Source: Octopus vulgaris
Taxonomy: Eukaryota
Assembly (NCBI GenBank): GCA_951406725.2
Contig: OX597816.1
Span: 175,336,001 to 175,400,000 of the forward strand
DNA: 64,000 nt
Reading direction: 5' to 3'
A program made the translations under genes and the position numbers. Shown here one piece after another: positions 13,496-27,855 of this stretch. A model generated the notes under the pieces. That model worked only from the letters and a program-made list of their open reading frames with translations. It did not search any database and was not told where the DNA came from. The number at the start of each line of letters is the position of its first letter. The stretch's first letter is position 1.

Positions 13496-13499
<4 letters not shown>
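12932..13499 (-). mobile_element. Non-autonomous retrozyme/Penelope-like element: 172-bp perfect direct repeats, 396-bp period, hammerhead ribozyme
   Basis: 12932-13103 is identical to 13328-13499, with (TA)n on both flanks and a hammerhead motif at 13106-13177. Confidence 0.75.
13106..13177 (-). ncRNA. Type I hammerhead ribozyme (minimal stem III)
   Basis: Minus strand reads TCTCA-CTGAAGA-[43-nt stem II hairpin]-GAAA-C-TGCA-G-TC-TGAGA: 5-bp stem I, full catalytic core, palindromic loop 3 and GUC cleavage triplet. Confidence 0.8.
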
Positions 13500-13546
<47 letters not shown>

Positions 13547-15577
13547 ATGTATATGTATGTATGTATATATATATGTATGTATGTATATGTATATATATGT
13601 ATGTATATGTGTATATATATGTATGTATATGTATATATATATATGTATGTATGTATATGTATATATATATGTATGTATGTATATGTATATATATGTATGT
13701 ATGTATATGTATATATATGTATGTATGTATATGTATATATATGTATGTATGTATATGTATATATATGTATGTATGTATATGTATATATATGTATGTATGT
13801 ATATGTATATATATGTATGTATATGTATATATATGTATGTATGTATATGTATATATATGTATGTATGTATATGTATATATATGTATGTATGTATGTATGT
13901 ATATGTATGTATGTATATGTGTGTATGTATATGTATATATATGTGTGTGTATGTATATGTATATATATGTGTGTGTATGTATATGTATATATGTATGTAT
14001 GTATATGTATATATATATGAATGTATGTATATGTATATATATATGTATGTATGTATATGTATATATATATGTATGTATGTATATGTATATATATATGTAT
14101 GTATGTATATGTATATATATATGTATGTATGTATATGTATATATATATGTATGTATGTATATGTATATATATATGTATGTATGTATATGTATATATATAT
14201 GTATGTATGTATGTATATGTATATATATATGTATGTATGTATGTATATGTATATATATATGTATGTATGTATGTATATGTATATATATATGTATGTATGT
14301 ATATGTATATATATATGTATGTATGTATATGTATATATATATGTATGTATGTATATATATATGTATGTATGTGTATGTATATATATATGTATGTATGTGT
14401 ATGTATATATATATGTATGTATGTATATGTATATATATATGTATGTATGTATGTATATATATATGTATGTATGTATATATATATGTATGTATGTATATGT
14501 ATATATATATGTATGTATGTATATGTATATATATATGTATGTATGTATATGTATATATATATGTATGTATGTATATGTATATATATATATGTATGTATGT
14601 ATATGTATATATATATGTATGTATGTATATGTATATATATATGTATGTATGTATATGTATATATATATGTATGTATGTATATGTATATATATATGTATGT
14701 ATGTATATGTATATATATATGTATGTATGTATATGTATATATATATGTATGTATGTATATATATATGTATGTATGTATATGTATATATATATGTATGTAT
14801 ATGTATATATATATGTATATATATATGTATGTATGTATATGTATATATATATGTATGTATGTATATGTATATATATATATGTATGTATGTATATGTATGT
14901 ATGTATGTATATGTATATATGTATGTATGTATGTATATGTATATATATATGTATGTATGTATATGTATATATATATGTATGTATATATATATGTATGTAT
15001 GTATATGTATATATATATGTATGTATGTATATGTATATATATGTGTATATATATGTATGTATGTATATGTGTATATATATGTATGTATGTATATGTGTAT
15101 ATATATGTATGTATGTATATGTATGTATATGTGTATATATATGTATGTATGTATATGTGTATATATATGTATGTATGTATATGTATGTATGTATATGTAT
15201 ATATATATGTATGTATATATATATATATATATGTATATGTATGTATGTATGTATATGTATGTATGTATATGTATGTATGTATGTATATGTATGTATGTAT
15301 GTATATGTATGTATGTATGTATATGTATGTATGTATATGTATGTATATGTATGTATGTATGTATATATATATATGTATATGTATGTATGTATGTATATGT
15401 GTATGTATATGTATGTATGTATATGTGTATGTATGTATATGTATATATGTATGTATGTATATGTATATATGTATGTATGTATATGTATATATGTATGTAT
15501 GTATATGTATGTTTATATATGTATGTATATATGTATGTTTATATATGTATGTATATATGTATGTATATATGTATGTG

Positions 15578-15612
<35 letters not shown>

Positions 15613-15614
15613 GT

Positions 15615-15667
<53 letters not shown>

Positions 15668-15695
15668 TGTATGTATGTATGTATGTGTATGTATG

Positions 15696-15770
<75 letters not shown>

Positions 15771-15779
15771 GTATGTATG

Positions 15780-15859
<80 letters not shown>

Positions 15860-15885
15860 TGTATGTATATATGTATGTATATATG

Positions 15886-15917
<32 letters not shown>

Positions 15918-16175
15918 TGTATGTATATATGTATGTATATATGTATGTATATATATATGTATGTATATATATATGTATGTATATATATATGTATGTATAT
16001 ATGTATGTATATATGTATGTATATATATATGTATGTATATATATATGTATGTATATATATATGTATGTATATATGTATGTATATATATATGTATGTATAT
16101 ATATATGTATGTATATATATATGTATGTATATATATATGTATGTATATATATATGTATGTATATATATATGTATG

Positions 16176-16214
<39 letters not shown>

Positions 16215-16377
16215 GTATGTATATATATATATATATGTATGTATATATATATGTATGTATGTATGTATATATATATGTATGTATGTATGTATATATATGT
16301 ATGTATGTATGTATATATATGTATGTATGTATGTATATATATGTATGTATGTATGTATATATATGTATGTATGTATG

Positions 16378-16410
<33 letters not shown>

Positions 16411-16591
16411 GTATATATATGTATGTATGTATGTATATGTATGTATGTATATATATATATATGTATGTATGTATATATATGTATGTATGTATATATATGT
16501 ATGTATGTATATATATATATGTATGTATATATGTATGTATGTATATATATGTATGTATGTATATATATATATGTATGTATGTATATATATG

Positions 16592-16630
<39 letters not shown>

Positions 16631-17231
16631 GTATATGTATGTATGTATATATATGTATGTATGTATATGTATGTATGTATATGTATGTATGTATGTATAT
16701 GTATGTATGTATGTATGTATATATGTATGTATGTATGTATGTATATATATATGTATGTATGTATATATGTATGTATGTATGTATATATATGTATGTATGT
16801 ATGTATATATATGTATGTATGTATGTATATATATGTATGTATGTATGTATATATATGTATGTATGTATGTATATATATGTATGTATGTATGTATATATAT
16901 GTATGTATGTATGTATATATATATATGTATGTATATATATATATATATGTATGTATATATATATGTATGTATATATATATATGTATATATATATATATGT
17001 ATATATGTATGTATATATATGTATGTGTATATATATGTATATGTATATATATATATGTATGTGTATATATATATATATGTATGTGTATATATATATATGT
17101 ATGTGTATATATATATATGTATGTGTATATATATATATGTATGTATATATATATATGTATGTATATATATATATATATGTATGTATATATATATATATGT
17201 ATGTATGTATATATATATATATATATGTATG

Positions 17232-17267
<36 letters not shown>

Positions 17268-17359
17268 TGTATGTATATATATATATATGTATGTATATAT
17301 ATATATATATGTATGTATATATATATATATATGTATGTATATATATATATATATGTATG

Positions 17360-17397
<38 letters not shown>

Positions 17398-17471
17398 TAT
17401 GTATGTATATATATATATATATATGTATGTATATATATATATATATGTATGTATATATATATATGTGTGTG

Positions 17472-17532
<61 letters not shown>

Positions 17533-17573
17533 ATATATATATATATATGTATGTATATATATATATATGTATG

Positions 17574-17609
<36 letters not shown>

Positions 17610-17664
17610 TGTATGTATATATATATATATATGTATTGTATGTATATATATATATATATGTATG

Positions 17665-17698
<34 letters not shown>

Positions 17699-17704
17699 TG
17701 TATG

Positions 17705-17739
<35 letters not shown>

Positions 17740-17780
17740 GTATGTATATATATATATATATATGTATGTATATATATATG

Positions 17781-17830
<50 letters not shown>

Positions 17831-17834
17831 TATG

Positions 17835-17889
<55 letters not shown>

Positions 17890-17908
17890 ATATATATATA
17901 TATATATA
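13498..17908. repeat. 4.4-kb compound (TA)n/(TATG)n microsatellite in the last PFK intron
   Basis: Directly visible; nearly unbroken purine-pyrimidine alternation. Confidence 0.99.
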
Positions 17909-18105
17909 ACGGGAAGCTTTATGAAAATAAACAAAAGACGAAGGCAGGTGGAAAACAAACGAACAATTGTATTAGTATGGCGCTCAGGAAATATAAATAA
18001 AACAAGTCTTTAACGTTTCGAGCCTACGCTCTTCAACAGAAAGATACACAGAGAGAGAAAAACACAGAAAGAAGGAGAGAAAAAAATGCGTGCAGTAGCT
18101 AACGA
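17907..18105 (-). mobile_element. Penelope-like terminal fragment with a variant minimal hammerhead motif (18007-18044)
   Basis: Minus strand TCTTT-CTGTTGA-A-GAGC-GTAG-GCTC-GAAACGTT-AAAGA, directly abutting the TA tract. Confidence 0.55.
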
Positions 18106-18759
18106 ATCAATGGCTCTGAATGCAGAAGACATGCATAGACTGGAGAGAAATGAAGGTAGTATGCTCTGTTGGATGTGCAACATCAGTCCGCATATATGAC
18201 AAACTGTAAATCTATTGAGAGAAAAGTTGGGCATGAGAGGAATCAAATGTAGCATGCAAGAGAGAAGACTATGTTGGTTTGTATATGTGATGCATATGAA
18301 CGAGGACAGCTGCATAAAGAAGTACCAACCACTGAAAGTGGATGGTACCCACGGAAGAGGGGGACCCAAAAAGATGTGGGATGAAGTGGTAAGGACCGCT
18401 CTGAGGATGTTGTGCCTCATTGAGGAAATGACAATTGATTGTGATGTTTGGCTATATGAGGTTCTTGAGAAGACCCAGCCATGTCAGTGAAACTGAGTTC
18501 TAGAAGCGCTAGGTGTCCCACCCACACTTAACAGGAAAACTTCTCACACACTCTACCACAACAAACCAAACTACATCTCTTCTCTTCCTTGCATCTCCAC
18601 TTCATGCACCATGCTTACCTCTCACTCCCCAATCCTGTCCTCTTGGCCCTGTGCCACTGTATCATTGCTATCTGCTAGCTTCTGACCTGCATGTTCCACC
18701 CACACCTTGCCTCACTCTATCATTGTGTTTTCTCGACACTTTGACACCATCTCCATTCT

Positions 18760-18807
<48 letters not shown>

Positions 18808-19370
18808 TCCCTCCTCCTCCTGCACTTCCCTCAGGTTGGGTAACCATGTATTTCCTTTGCAGTAGCGCACCTGTTTCTGACTTCACTCCTGATCTCTCTC
18901 ACCCTCTCTCCCGCTGGTCGGGTAACCTTGTACCTCCTCTACTGCAAGACACCTGTTTCTGTCTCTCTGCCTTACTATAATTTTTCATCATCCAACACAA
19001 GATCACCTCCTCCAATGCCCCCCCGCCTCAAAAGAGTTTTCTTTTTTTGTCTTGCAAGTATTTGGTGGCCCTGTCAGTGCAGATGCCATTTAAAAGTATT
19101 CAGTCCACACTGTGAAGCGGTTGGCATTTGGAAGGGCATCCAGCTGTAAAAGCCTTGCCAAAACTAACCTTGCTTGTGTTTGTGCCACATAAAAAGCATT
19201 AAGTCCACTCAGCAGAGTGATTGTTCTAAGGAAGAGCATCCAGGTGTAAAAATCCTGCCAAAACAGTCACAGAAGTCTTGTGCAGGCTTCTACCTGGCTG
19301 GCTCTTGTGAAACCGTTTCCACCCATGCTAGCATGGAAGGCGGATGTTAAACAATGATGTTGATGATGAT
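18106..19370 (+). mobile_element. RTE LINE 3' fragment (RT C-terminus + 3' UTR)
   Basis: AEDMHRLERNE...REKLG...QERRL...GRGGPKKMWDEVV is homologous to the 43503-44039 ORF; ends CCCATGCTAGCATGGAAGG...GATGAT. Confidence 0.85.
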
Positions 19371-19997
19371 ACAGCATGATGGGCTTCTTTCAGTTTCCAT
19401 CTGTCAGAACTGTAAAGCACTGCAGACACCATGCATAGAGGTAATGCATCCATCTTAACAGTCTGAGTTCAAATTCTGCTGAGGTTGATTTTGCCTTTCA
19501 TTCTTTCAGAGTCAATAAAATAATTCCTAGTCAAGTTTTGGAGTCGACATAATCAACTTTCCTCTCTCCTCAAAGATTGTTGGTCCTGTGCCAAAATTTG
19601 AAACCATTAATATCTGCAACTTACGTTATTAGAACGTGAAAGGAAAATCTAGGATTTCAGTGGGAACTGAATTTAGGATGTAAGAGAGAGGAACTGAGTA
19701 ACTATATTTTTTGGTAAGGACTCTGTTACTTGATATTACTCAAGTGAATTTTATTGGAAAAAGAAATTACCATTTAAAACATTATTGGCTTTGAAAATCC
19801 AGTGTCAAAAATATAGTTTATGATCTGATAAAAAAAGAAGTTACCTAAAATTAATACACTGAGAAAGACTTAAAAATTTACTACCAGTCTTTTTTAAAAT
19901 TAAATAGAAAATAGTTTTTAGTTGTATTTATTATTTAAATTTTTAATTATTTTCATGATTTTTAAAAATCTTTCTTTTTTTTTCCCTCTCATTCTAG

Positions 19998-20136
19998 GAA
20001 ACGTATTCCTAAAGAACAATGGTGGCTAAAACTACGTTCACTGTTGAGAATCTTGGCCAAGCATGAAGCCGTGGCCTATCACACAGAAGCCGTATCTGCT
20101 GGTGTTGATGAGGTAGAAGATGAAGATAATATTTAG
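19998..20136 (+). CDS. PFK: PFK proximal last coding exon (KRIPKEQWWLKLRSLLRILAKHE...EDNI*)
   Basis: TTCTAG acceptor, conserved RIPKEQWWLKLR motif, TAG stop at 20134-20136. Confidence 0.95.
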
Positions 20137-21960
20137 TTACCTTTCTCCCTATATTTATCAGACATTTATCTTTGTTTTGGATATTTTTTGTTTGAAAACT
20201 GTTGCTTTCCCCTTCAGGAACATTTTTCTGATTTAGATTTACAGCATCAAGAAGAACAGTTTTATTGACTTGGAATTTTGAATATAATAACTCTATTTAT
20301 TTGAAATATATTTTTCAAATTGTTAAATATATTCTATCTATATCCTCAAATAATGTTCACATCCTTTAAATTATGTTACTAACAATTTTTAAAGATTATT
20401 TCGAATTTCTTATAGAAAAATGTCTCAAAACGGGGTAGATTTATAATGCAGTGTTTATTAGCCACTTTAATTCTAAAAGTCATCAAAATTGTCTCGAAGC
20501 ATATTGGTTTCAAGTTTTATTTAAAATTGTAACTTATTCATGATAATTTTACTAAAATGCTTAGTAAAAGACAAGCGGAATTTAAAATTGATAACTATTA
20601 GTATTCCATCGCCAAACCAAAATTTTACCTCCAAGTTGTATTCATCTTTAACCTTGTTTTGTTATTTTCATCCTTGCCTATTTGCTTTTTGCTGATCTCA
20701 TTTGTATATGTTTATTTAAAGGGGTTTCATTTAAGTTAAGAAACTATTGATTTTTTTAAATTGTTACATTTTAAATAGTCTTTCAATTATAAATTATTTA
20801 GTTTTCTAATTCGATTTGTTTTAACACAATGCTACATTTTATACTTTTGTATTTTTTTATGATTTAATGAAATTTAGTTTTAATTGAATCTTAATTACGT
20901 ATTCTAAGATCAAAGAATTCTTATAGGGATACTTTGTATGCTTTTAACATTGATCTTTTTCACAATTGCTGTAACATTGTGTTTAAAAATGCATCAAAGT
21001 ATTTCAAATTAATCATCAGCTCTTTAGAGAATTGATATTTTTGACAAATTATTATGAATCAGAATAAATTTGCAAAAATGATTTTAGATGAAAACCAAAA
21101 GAAGCAGCGTAATTTGCAAGGTGTTAACGACTAAAAGTTTGAAATTGACTTTAGGAATAATTGATGTTTTTAATATCAAATGAAATATATTTACTAGCTT
21201 GCTTTCATTTATTGATACCCGTGATGAATAACTTATATAGAAACAAAAGTAAATGTTTCAAACATATCTTCTATTTAATTTTACATAGTTGTTACTTGCT
21301 TATCTGTGATATTGTTATAAGTTGTTAATAGATTTTTGTGATCAATTCTAAAAGGAATGAAAGCCAAAATAGAAGATGAGCAGAATGAACAAAATTTTAG
21401 GAAACTTTCTGTTAGAAAGTTTGTTTTTATGATAAACTTGTTAGGTGTCATCATCATTTCCCTTTTTAATAAATCACACGATAATTACTTGTCTAAATTA
21501 ATGGCTATAATTAGTTTAATACAATAAAGATCTGTTTATATTTCATTTATTCCAAATCGTTTTACATGTATTTCTGTACAATACTCTGACTGATAGGATA
21601 GTTTTCTGTTAACTGTTTTGTTAGTAAACAGGAGTTTGTAATTTAAATAAATAATTAAAATTATCAGTACCACTTTAAAAAAAAAAAAACAAGAAATAAT
21701 ATTTGATATAAATTATATTTTAATTATTTTAATCATTAGCTTATATTTTGTACTTTTTTCATCTTTGAGGAAATATTTTTTAAACCTAGAATTAGAATGA
21801 AAACATATTAGTCTGGGAGAAAGGTTATCTAATTTGCTTGAAAATTATTCAATCTAGAAAAAAAATATTCGCTCCAATTATATCTGATTTCTATCAGAGA
21901 AACCGTTTCTGTGAAATATTCTGTAACAAATAAAGCAATTCTTGAAAACTTTCCATATTT
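20137..21960 (+). other. Probable PFK 3' UTR with candidate polyadenylation signals
   Basis: Very AT-rich, repeat-free sequence after the stop codon. AATAAA at 21063, 21468, 21523 and 21929. The true transcript end cannot be determined. Confidence 0.5.
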
Positions 21961-24329
21961 CTCTTCTCATTTCTGCTTGCTGCCTCTTTCTTTCCCAACT
22001 TGACTGCCGTTACCCATCCAGGCTTTACAAAAACAATCACTGCTTCTCCTTTTACTTTTCCCTTTCTAATACTTTATCTTTTCCCCTTTTATCTATTTAG
22101 GTTGTATCAAACATTTTTTGACTTTTTATCTTTGAAGTTAAGGCTAAAAACTTCTTGTATAATCCATTGATGTTTATTAATATATCAAAAGACCTATCTT
22201 ACTTTGGTCTGCTGAACTACAAAGTATTAATGACAGACTACAAGTCAAATCTGAAGGTGTTTTACTTTAAGTATTAGAAGGGATGGAATTTCTAATTATG
22301 TGATTTGTAAAAGCTATTATATTCAGTGTCTCAAGGAAAAAATATGCAATAACAATTTTTGCATATTTGGTAAAAGAAGACATGTTTTGATTATATAAAT
22401 CTACATTTAAACCTTAGATATGAAATATTTTATTCTCCAAGTTAATAAGTTTTATCTTATTGTTTGTTTCTTTTATATTAATTTGTTCAAGAAGCCTTTC
22501 TCACTCCTTCAGTTAGGATGACGTACAAAAACCAACTTATCACAAGCAGAACTACTGTAGACTTCTCTTTTCTCATTTCATTTTTATTTTCTTTAGAAAG
22601 TTACAGAACTGGAGTCAATAGAAAACTCTTTTATTTCGAGTAGAGATTTTTTTGATGCTTTCAGGTTACAGATTATCTGAAGCTTACACTTTAATATTGT
22701 TTTTGTTTTAGTTTTTTTTTTTGTTGTTGTTGTTCTTTTTCAAATTTATCTAGAGATATCTAGGTTTTATTAATATCATCCCAATTGATATCATTCTCAC
22801 TTTTAACAGTAAAAACTGAATCCTTGTATGCAAACGCTTTTCCATTCTTTGAGTAATTCAACGATTTTAGTTTAATTTTCTTCATGCTGAAACATTTTCT
22901 GTAAAGTCTGACTTCCTAAAAGTCTTCCTAAAAGTACTATTCTTATTCAACTACCAAAAATGGTGACTTATGCGTTCATGAAACACGACTCCTTCATAAA
23001 CTGATCAATACTTTCTAAATTCATTCAATCAATCTCTAGGTCTTGTTGGAAATCTTTATTTCCTTATTTTCTAGTTGCTGCAAGACATTTGTATATTATG
23101 TTTCTGACCTAATTTACCTCCTGTCATAAGTAAAGGTTGGGAGCCAAGAACTCTCTCTGCACTTATTTGATCTGCTAAAAATACAATATCACCTTGAATT
23201 CGCACCTTACCATTTTAAAAATGGAAAGGTACAATGGGTAAATGTAGTCATAGATATCTTATAGTTGACTGGATGGTCACGGTTGGAATACTTTGGTCAT
23301 CAAAGCCTAAACAACAACAAATCAAACGCAGAATTTACTATCAATTTTGCACCTTAGACTACCACCAGCTCCACCACTGTTACTAATTAAGTCTATTCAG
23401 GTAGAGGAATGAATAGTTAAATATACTTTGTCTGATTTATGTTGTTGTTTTTTAGCTTCCCAGATCAGACGTGGTCGTGTGAACTTAGGGCTATAGACAT
23501 TCCAACCACCACATCCCGTCTTTCTTTCAGAAGTAGCCTGTTATCATCATCATCATTCTATTTACATCCACCTTGGCATGGGTTTGATGGGTTTTCACAA
23601 TCTGAATCTATTATTATTTAGAGCTACCACCTTGCTTGATAGATCAAAGGATATCTCACTCACACATTCCAACCACTCTGTAGAGTTTATTGGATGCATT
23701 TTATCAGGACATCAACACTAAAGATGCTGAGCCTAGAGTCCTCTCTATTGTATCTTGTCTCCATTCATTCACCAATTACTTTACAAATCATTCTGGATAC
23801 ATTTTACTACAGCACCAACCGTGGAGACATTGCTCTCTTTCCTGGAAAACTAAAAGAGTCCCCTTTACTCTATATTGTCTTTTTCCAAGGCAAGCATCAC
23901 TGAGAGTATGGATAAAGGAGTGTGATGACTAAGAGGATGGGAAAAGAGTGAATGTGATGGGGAAAACAGCGAAATGATGATAGCGGAGGTTGTAATGGAG
24001 GAGAAATAGTGATAGCTATATATTGGTTGTTGGTAAGGAGATTGAATGTAAAAACAGCACGATCAGTGTAAAGGAATAGCAATGAAGATGTCCTGAAAGA
24101 AAGCAAGTGATGGATGACACTAGAGACATGTAATAGTCAGAGATATATACACGGGGGAAAAGAATGATGGCTAATAATAGAGAAGGGTGATGCTGAATGG
24201 GGTTACTGAATATGGACAGATGTGAAGCTTTTCCTCATTGCACAGACATTGTGAAAGATGATGGAAGGATTGAGTGCAGATTAAATCCTATGTCACAGTG
24301 AATAGGATAGAGACTGAGTGAGATAAAGT

Positions 24330-25540
24330 AATGAAGGCTCTATCCACTTCAAGCAACCAGCACATTTTTATACAACTGGCATCTTCCATATGCATCATTC
24401 TTGCATGCTACATCTCATCATTTGTGTTCTGTTATTCATTAGTTCATTATATGTCCAATGGAGCATGCTCACTCAATTTTTTTGTCCTTTTATCTCAAAT
24501 CTTCTATATCCAAAGCTACCGTGTAATGCTACACTTGGCAATCATCCCTTCAGGCTGAGAGAGAAACTTCTTGCTGCAAGCAAAAGTAATAACACCTTCA
24601 ACTTTTTCCACCCCATTCCTATCCTAGCTACTATGTATTCTGTATACCCACATCCACTCATCCACTACTAATATTAGGTCACCAAAGTGACCAAAGTTAT
24701 CAACTACTTTTAGAGAGCTGAAATTTATTTCATGTATATTCTTACTACATCTACAACATACAAAGTCTAGCTTCTCCGTTAACCTATCTGTGATTCCACT
24801 CTACCTTTCATGTATCCATTGTTTATATTAGGTCTATCATATAAAGTTTCTAGTTACTGCTTTTTGGTCTATCGTGTGTGGCCATTTCCCAGATGGTAGT
24901 GGGGTCATGTCCTTTTTTTCTTGCTTTATGACTTCTTAATTCTTGATTTGTGTTCATGCATGAAACTTCTTTAATCTTTAGCATGCTGAAGCCGAATCCT
25001 CTTGCTGTGTGAGTTTTCTCCTCTCAAGGTGACATTAGGTGTCTGCAGCGACAAGGGAGAAAACTTGTACAGCAACATGATTCACCATCAGTGCGTTAAA
25101 GGTTAACTCTACAAATTGAGCTGTAAGACCCAGGTTATCAGCATCCATGAGTTTCTGTGGATAGTCAGCATTAAATTTGTCTGCTTTGGCTTTGGTTTGG
25201 AGGACTAAAGTAAACGGAAGACTGTTGGGGGTTGAAACTGAGCCCTGATGGTCTACCGGCATAGTTCTTACTTTGATGACTACTCCTCTATACATGGTTT
25301 GTATGGTCCTCACATGCTCCTCATCTAGCCATAGCTCCCTTAGTACCCCTCCAGATTTCATAGTGTAGAATCCCATCAAAGGCCTTCTCCAGGTCATTGA
25401 CAGATAAGTACAGGGACTTCTAGCTAAGTATTTCTTCTGCAGTTGTTTCACTAGAAAGATAGCAACAATAGTATCTCTTTCTTGAATAAAGTTAAACTGC
25501 ACCTTATCTCACCTGATTCTCTTCCTAATCAACTGTGCAA
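24330..25540 (-). mobile_element. Old degraded RTE-type RT fragment
   Basis: ORF 25035-25502 begins MQFNF...AIFLVKQLQKKYL, homologous to MQFGF...AIFLVRQLQEKYL. Confidence 0.7.
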
Positions 25541-26962
25541 CTCATAGTCTTCTAAAACAATTTCTGTATATACAAAATTTTATAGATCTAATTTTATTCT
25601 TCATTTCTACCATAATGCTAAGTGAAAATAAAGAATAAAAATAAGATACAGCTTCATTATGGCAAAGCAAAGCAGGAAATTAATTCATTATCATGTTTGT
25701 TAGGCTTAATTACAAATACAGGAAGGCGATTGGGGTGGGGAGACTTTATTGTAAACTGCATTATGCATTTCTATTACACATATACACACATACATAATAT
25801 TTACATATATATATATATATATAAGAAGCAGATATATGGTTAGACATACAGATCTATTGTACACGTAGATAGATTAATGTTTAAATCACTAAACGTTTGA
25901 TTTGTTTGTGATTACTTTTAAATTGATTATTTGTTTTGATTGCAATATAATCCATGATCGTATTGTTTAATTATCTCAGATTAGCATCATTAGATAGACG
26001 TATGATCAAAGGTATTCCAGCTATAACCATCTCTTTTTCTTTTTTTTTGTATATTTAGGAATAGTGTTGAATTTTTCTTTCCCTTTTCTTAAGTCAATAG
26101 TTTATGATTTGAAGGGGATTCGGTGGATATTGTAGCAAGTCAAGCAACTAGATACACTCCTTTGATGATAAAGCCATTTTGTGTGTGATGTCTTTGTTTT
26201 GTCATTGATTGGACACAACTGAAACACACGCAGGTGCAATACACACATAAGACCTGCCATTTTAACTCAAGAACTGTACTCCTACTCTTTCATGTCCTCT
26301 TTTTACTCTATTACCAACTATAACCATATCCAGTATTTTATATTCATTGATCGGACAGTTATAATATGTAATTATGATAATAAATAACAGTGACCATACA
26401 CATATGAATGCAGCTACATACAGGAGTAATGGCATGTGCATATATTTGAACACACACATGCAGACTAATACGTCACTTACTTTATCAATAATGAAGTGAA
26501 GAAAAGTGACAAGTATACAGATACACAACCACATGAGGCACAAGTGGAGGAAAGTTAGGTGGCTGTTTAGTATATACCTCTGTGGAAGGGGGAATACACC
26601 ACCATTTGATAAATTGATATATAAGTGTGTGTGTGTGTGTATGAAGAAAATAAGTGTAGATGACAATGAAAACATATAAAACAATTTGGAAACAAGAACA
26701 AAAGAAAATTAACAAAACAGAAGTCTCCCATCAGCAGGGAACCTGGATGTCATGACAGTTTTAGCACTTCAGGATAGAACTGTATTCTCCAGTGGTGACA
26801 ATAGTTTCAAAGAGAAATACTGCTAGAGAAGCGTATCCTTTTTGTGTCCTGTATATTGGTGTTATGCATGCACTACCCTGTGTCTATTTTTAACTCTCTC
26901 TCTAATAGTATTTCTTTCTGAAACTAATGGAAACCTTATAGTTTTAGGTTCTTCTCTGATTT

Positions 26963-26997
<35 letters not shown>

Positions 26998-27442
26998 AAT
27001 TTCCTTCTGTCTCTGCTTCTTCCTCCCTTTTCCGTTTCTCCCCCTTTCCTCCTAATCCACCTGGCTCTCTCTCTGTCTATCTCATCCGTGTTCTTTTATT
27101 CTTTATTGCTTTCCATTCACTCATGGTGTTTTTCTTATTCTTTGAAACCCCTAGCAACCATGTGGTTCCAGTTCCAACCGCATTGCGCATTACCCCAACA
27201 GGGCTCCTCTATCAATAGCTTTGCACTGACCAATGCCTGGAATTCAAGAGACTGCAGAAACTTGTCATTATATTTGTGTGTGTGTGGCTTTGATAATATG
27301 AACAGGATATATAGAACTCAAAACATGACTATATATACATATATATATATATTTTTATCAATAGAAGTTACAAAGTGTCTCAAGAGCCAAGAATTTTATT
27401 CATGACATTTCTGAAACTTTTGATGTAGATTAAAATAATAAT

Positions 27443-27492
<50 letters not shown>

Positions 27493-27495
<3 letters not shown>

Positions 27496-27855
27496 TGCAA
27501 GTGTGGTTATGTTGTTAAGATTTCTTCCCAACCATATAGTCTTGGGTTCAAATCCACTGCACAGCACCTTGAGCAAGTGTTATTTTTTTCTATAGACCCT
27601 AGCCAACCAAATCCTTTTGAGTGGATTTGAGTGATAGAAACTGAAAGAAGCCTGTTATATAAATGTGTGTTTGTCCCTTACCACTGGTTGTCAATTGGTG
27701 TTGGTTTGTTTATGTTCCTGTATCAGTTTGGCATAAGAGAGCAATCGACTAAGTACCAGGCTTTAAAAATAAGTTACTGGGATCAGTTTGTTGAACTAAA
27801 CCCTTTGGAGCACTGCTCCAACTTGCCCACGGCCCAGTGACTTAAGCAAATAAAA
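27493..27855 (+). mobile_element. tRNA-derived SINE, diverged copy
   Basis: Colinear similarity to 62386-62786. Confidence 0.75.

Larger units (their letters stand above)
291..20136 (+). other. PFK: ATP-dependent 6-phosphofructokinase gene, 3' part (10 coding exons in window; 5' part lies upstream of window)
   Basis: Ten GT-AG exons with compatible phases join into one ORF with eukaryotic PFK C-terminal-half motifs: [87 protein letters not shown]. Confidence 0.96.

Noticed and set aside
13434-18013. ORFs of 1300-1490 aa on both strands
   Set aside because: Artefacts of a TA/TG microsatellite that cannot form stop codons; the translations contain only Y/I/M/V/C/H/T.
26842-27405. 187-aa hydrophobic ORF
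   Set aside because: Built from CT-rich low-complexity sequence and a decayed SINE; no domain or splice support.
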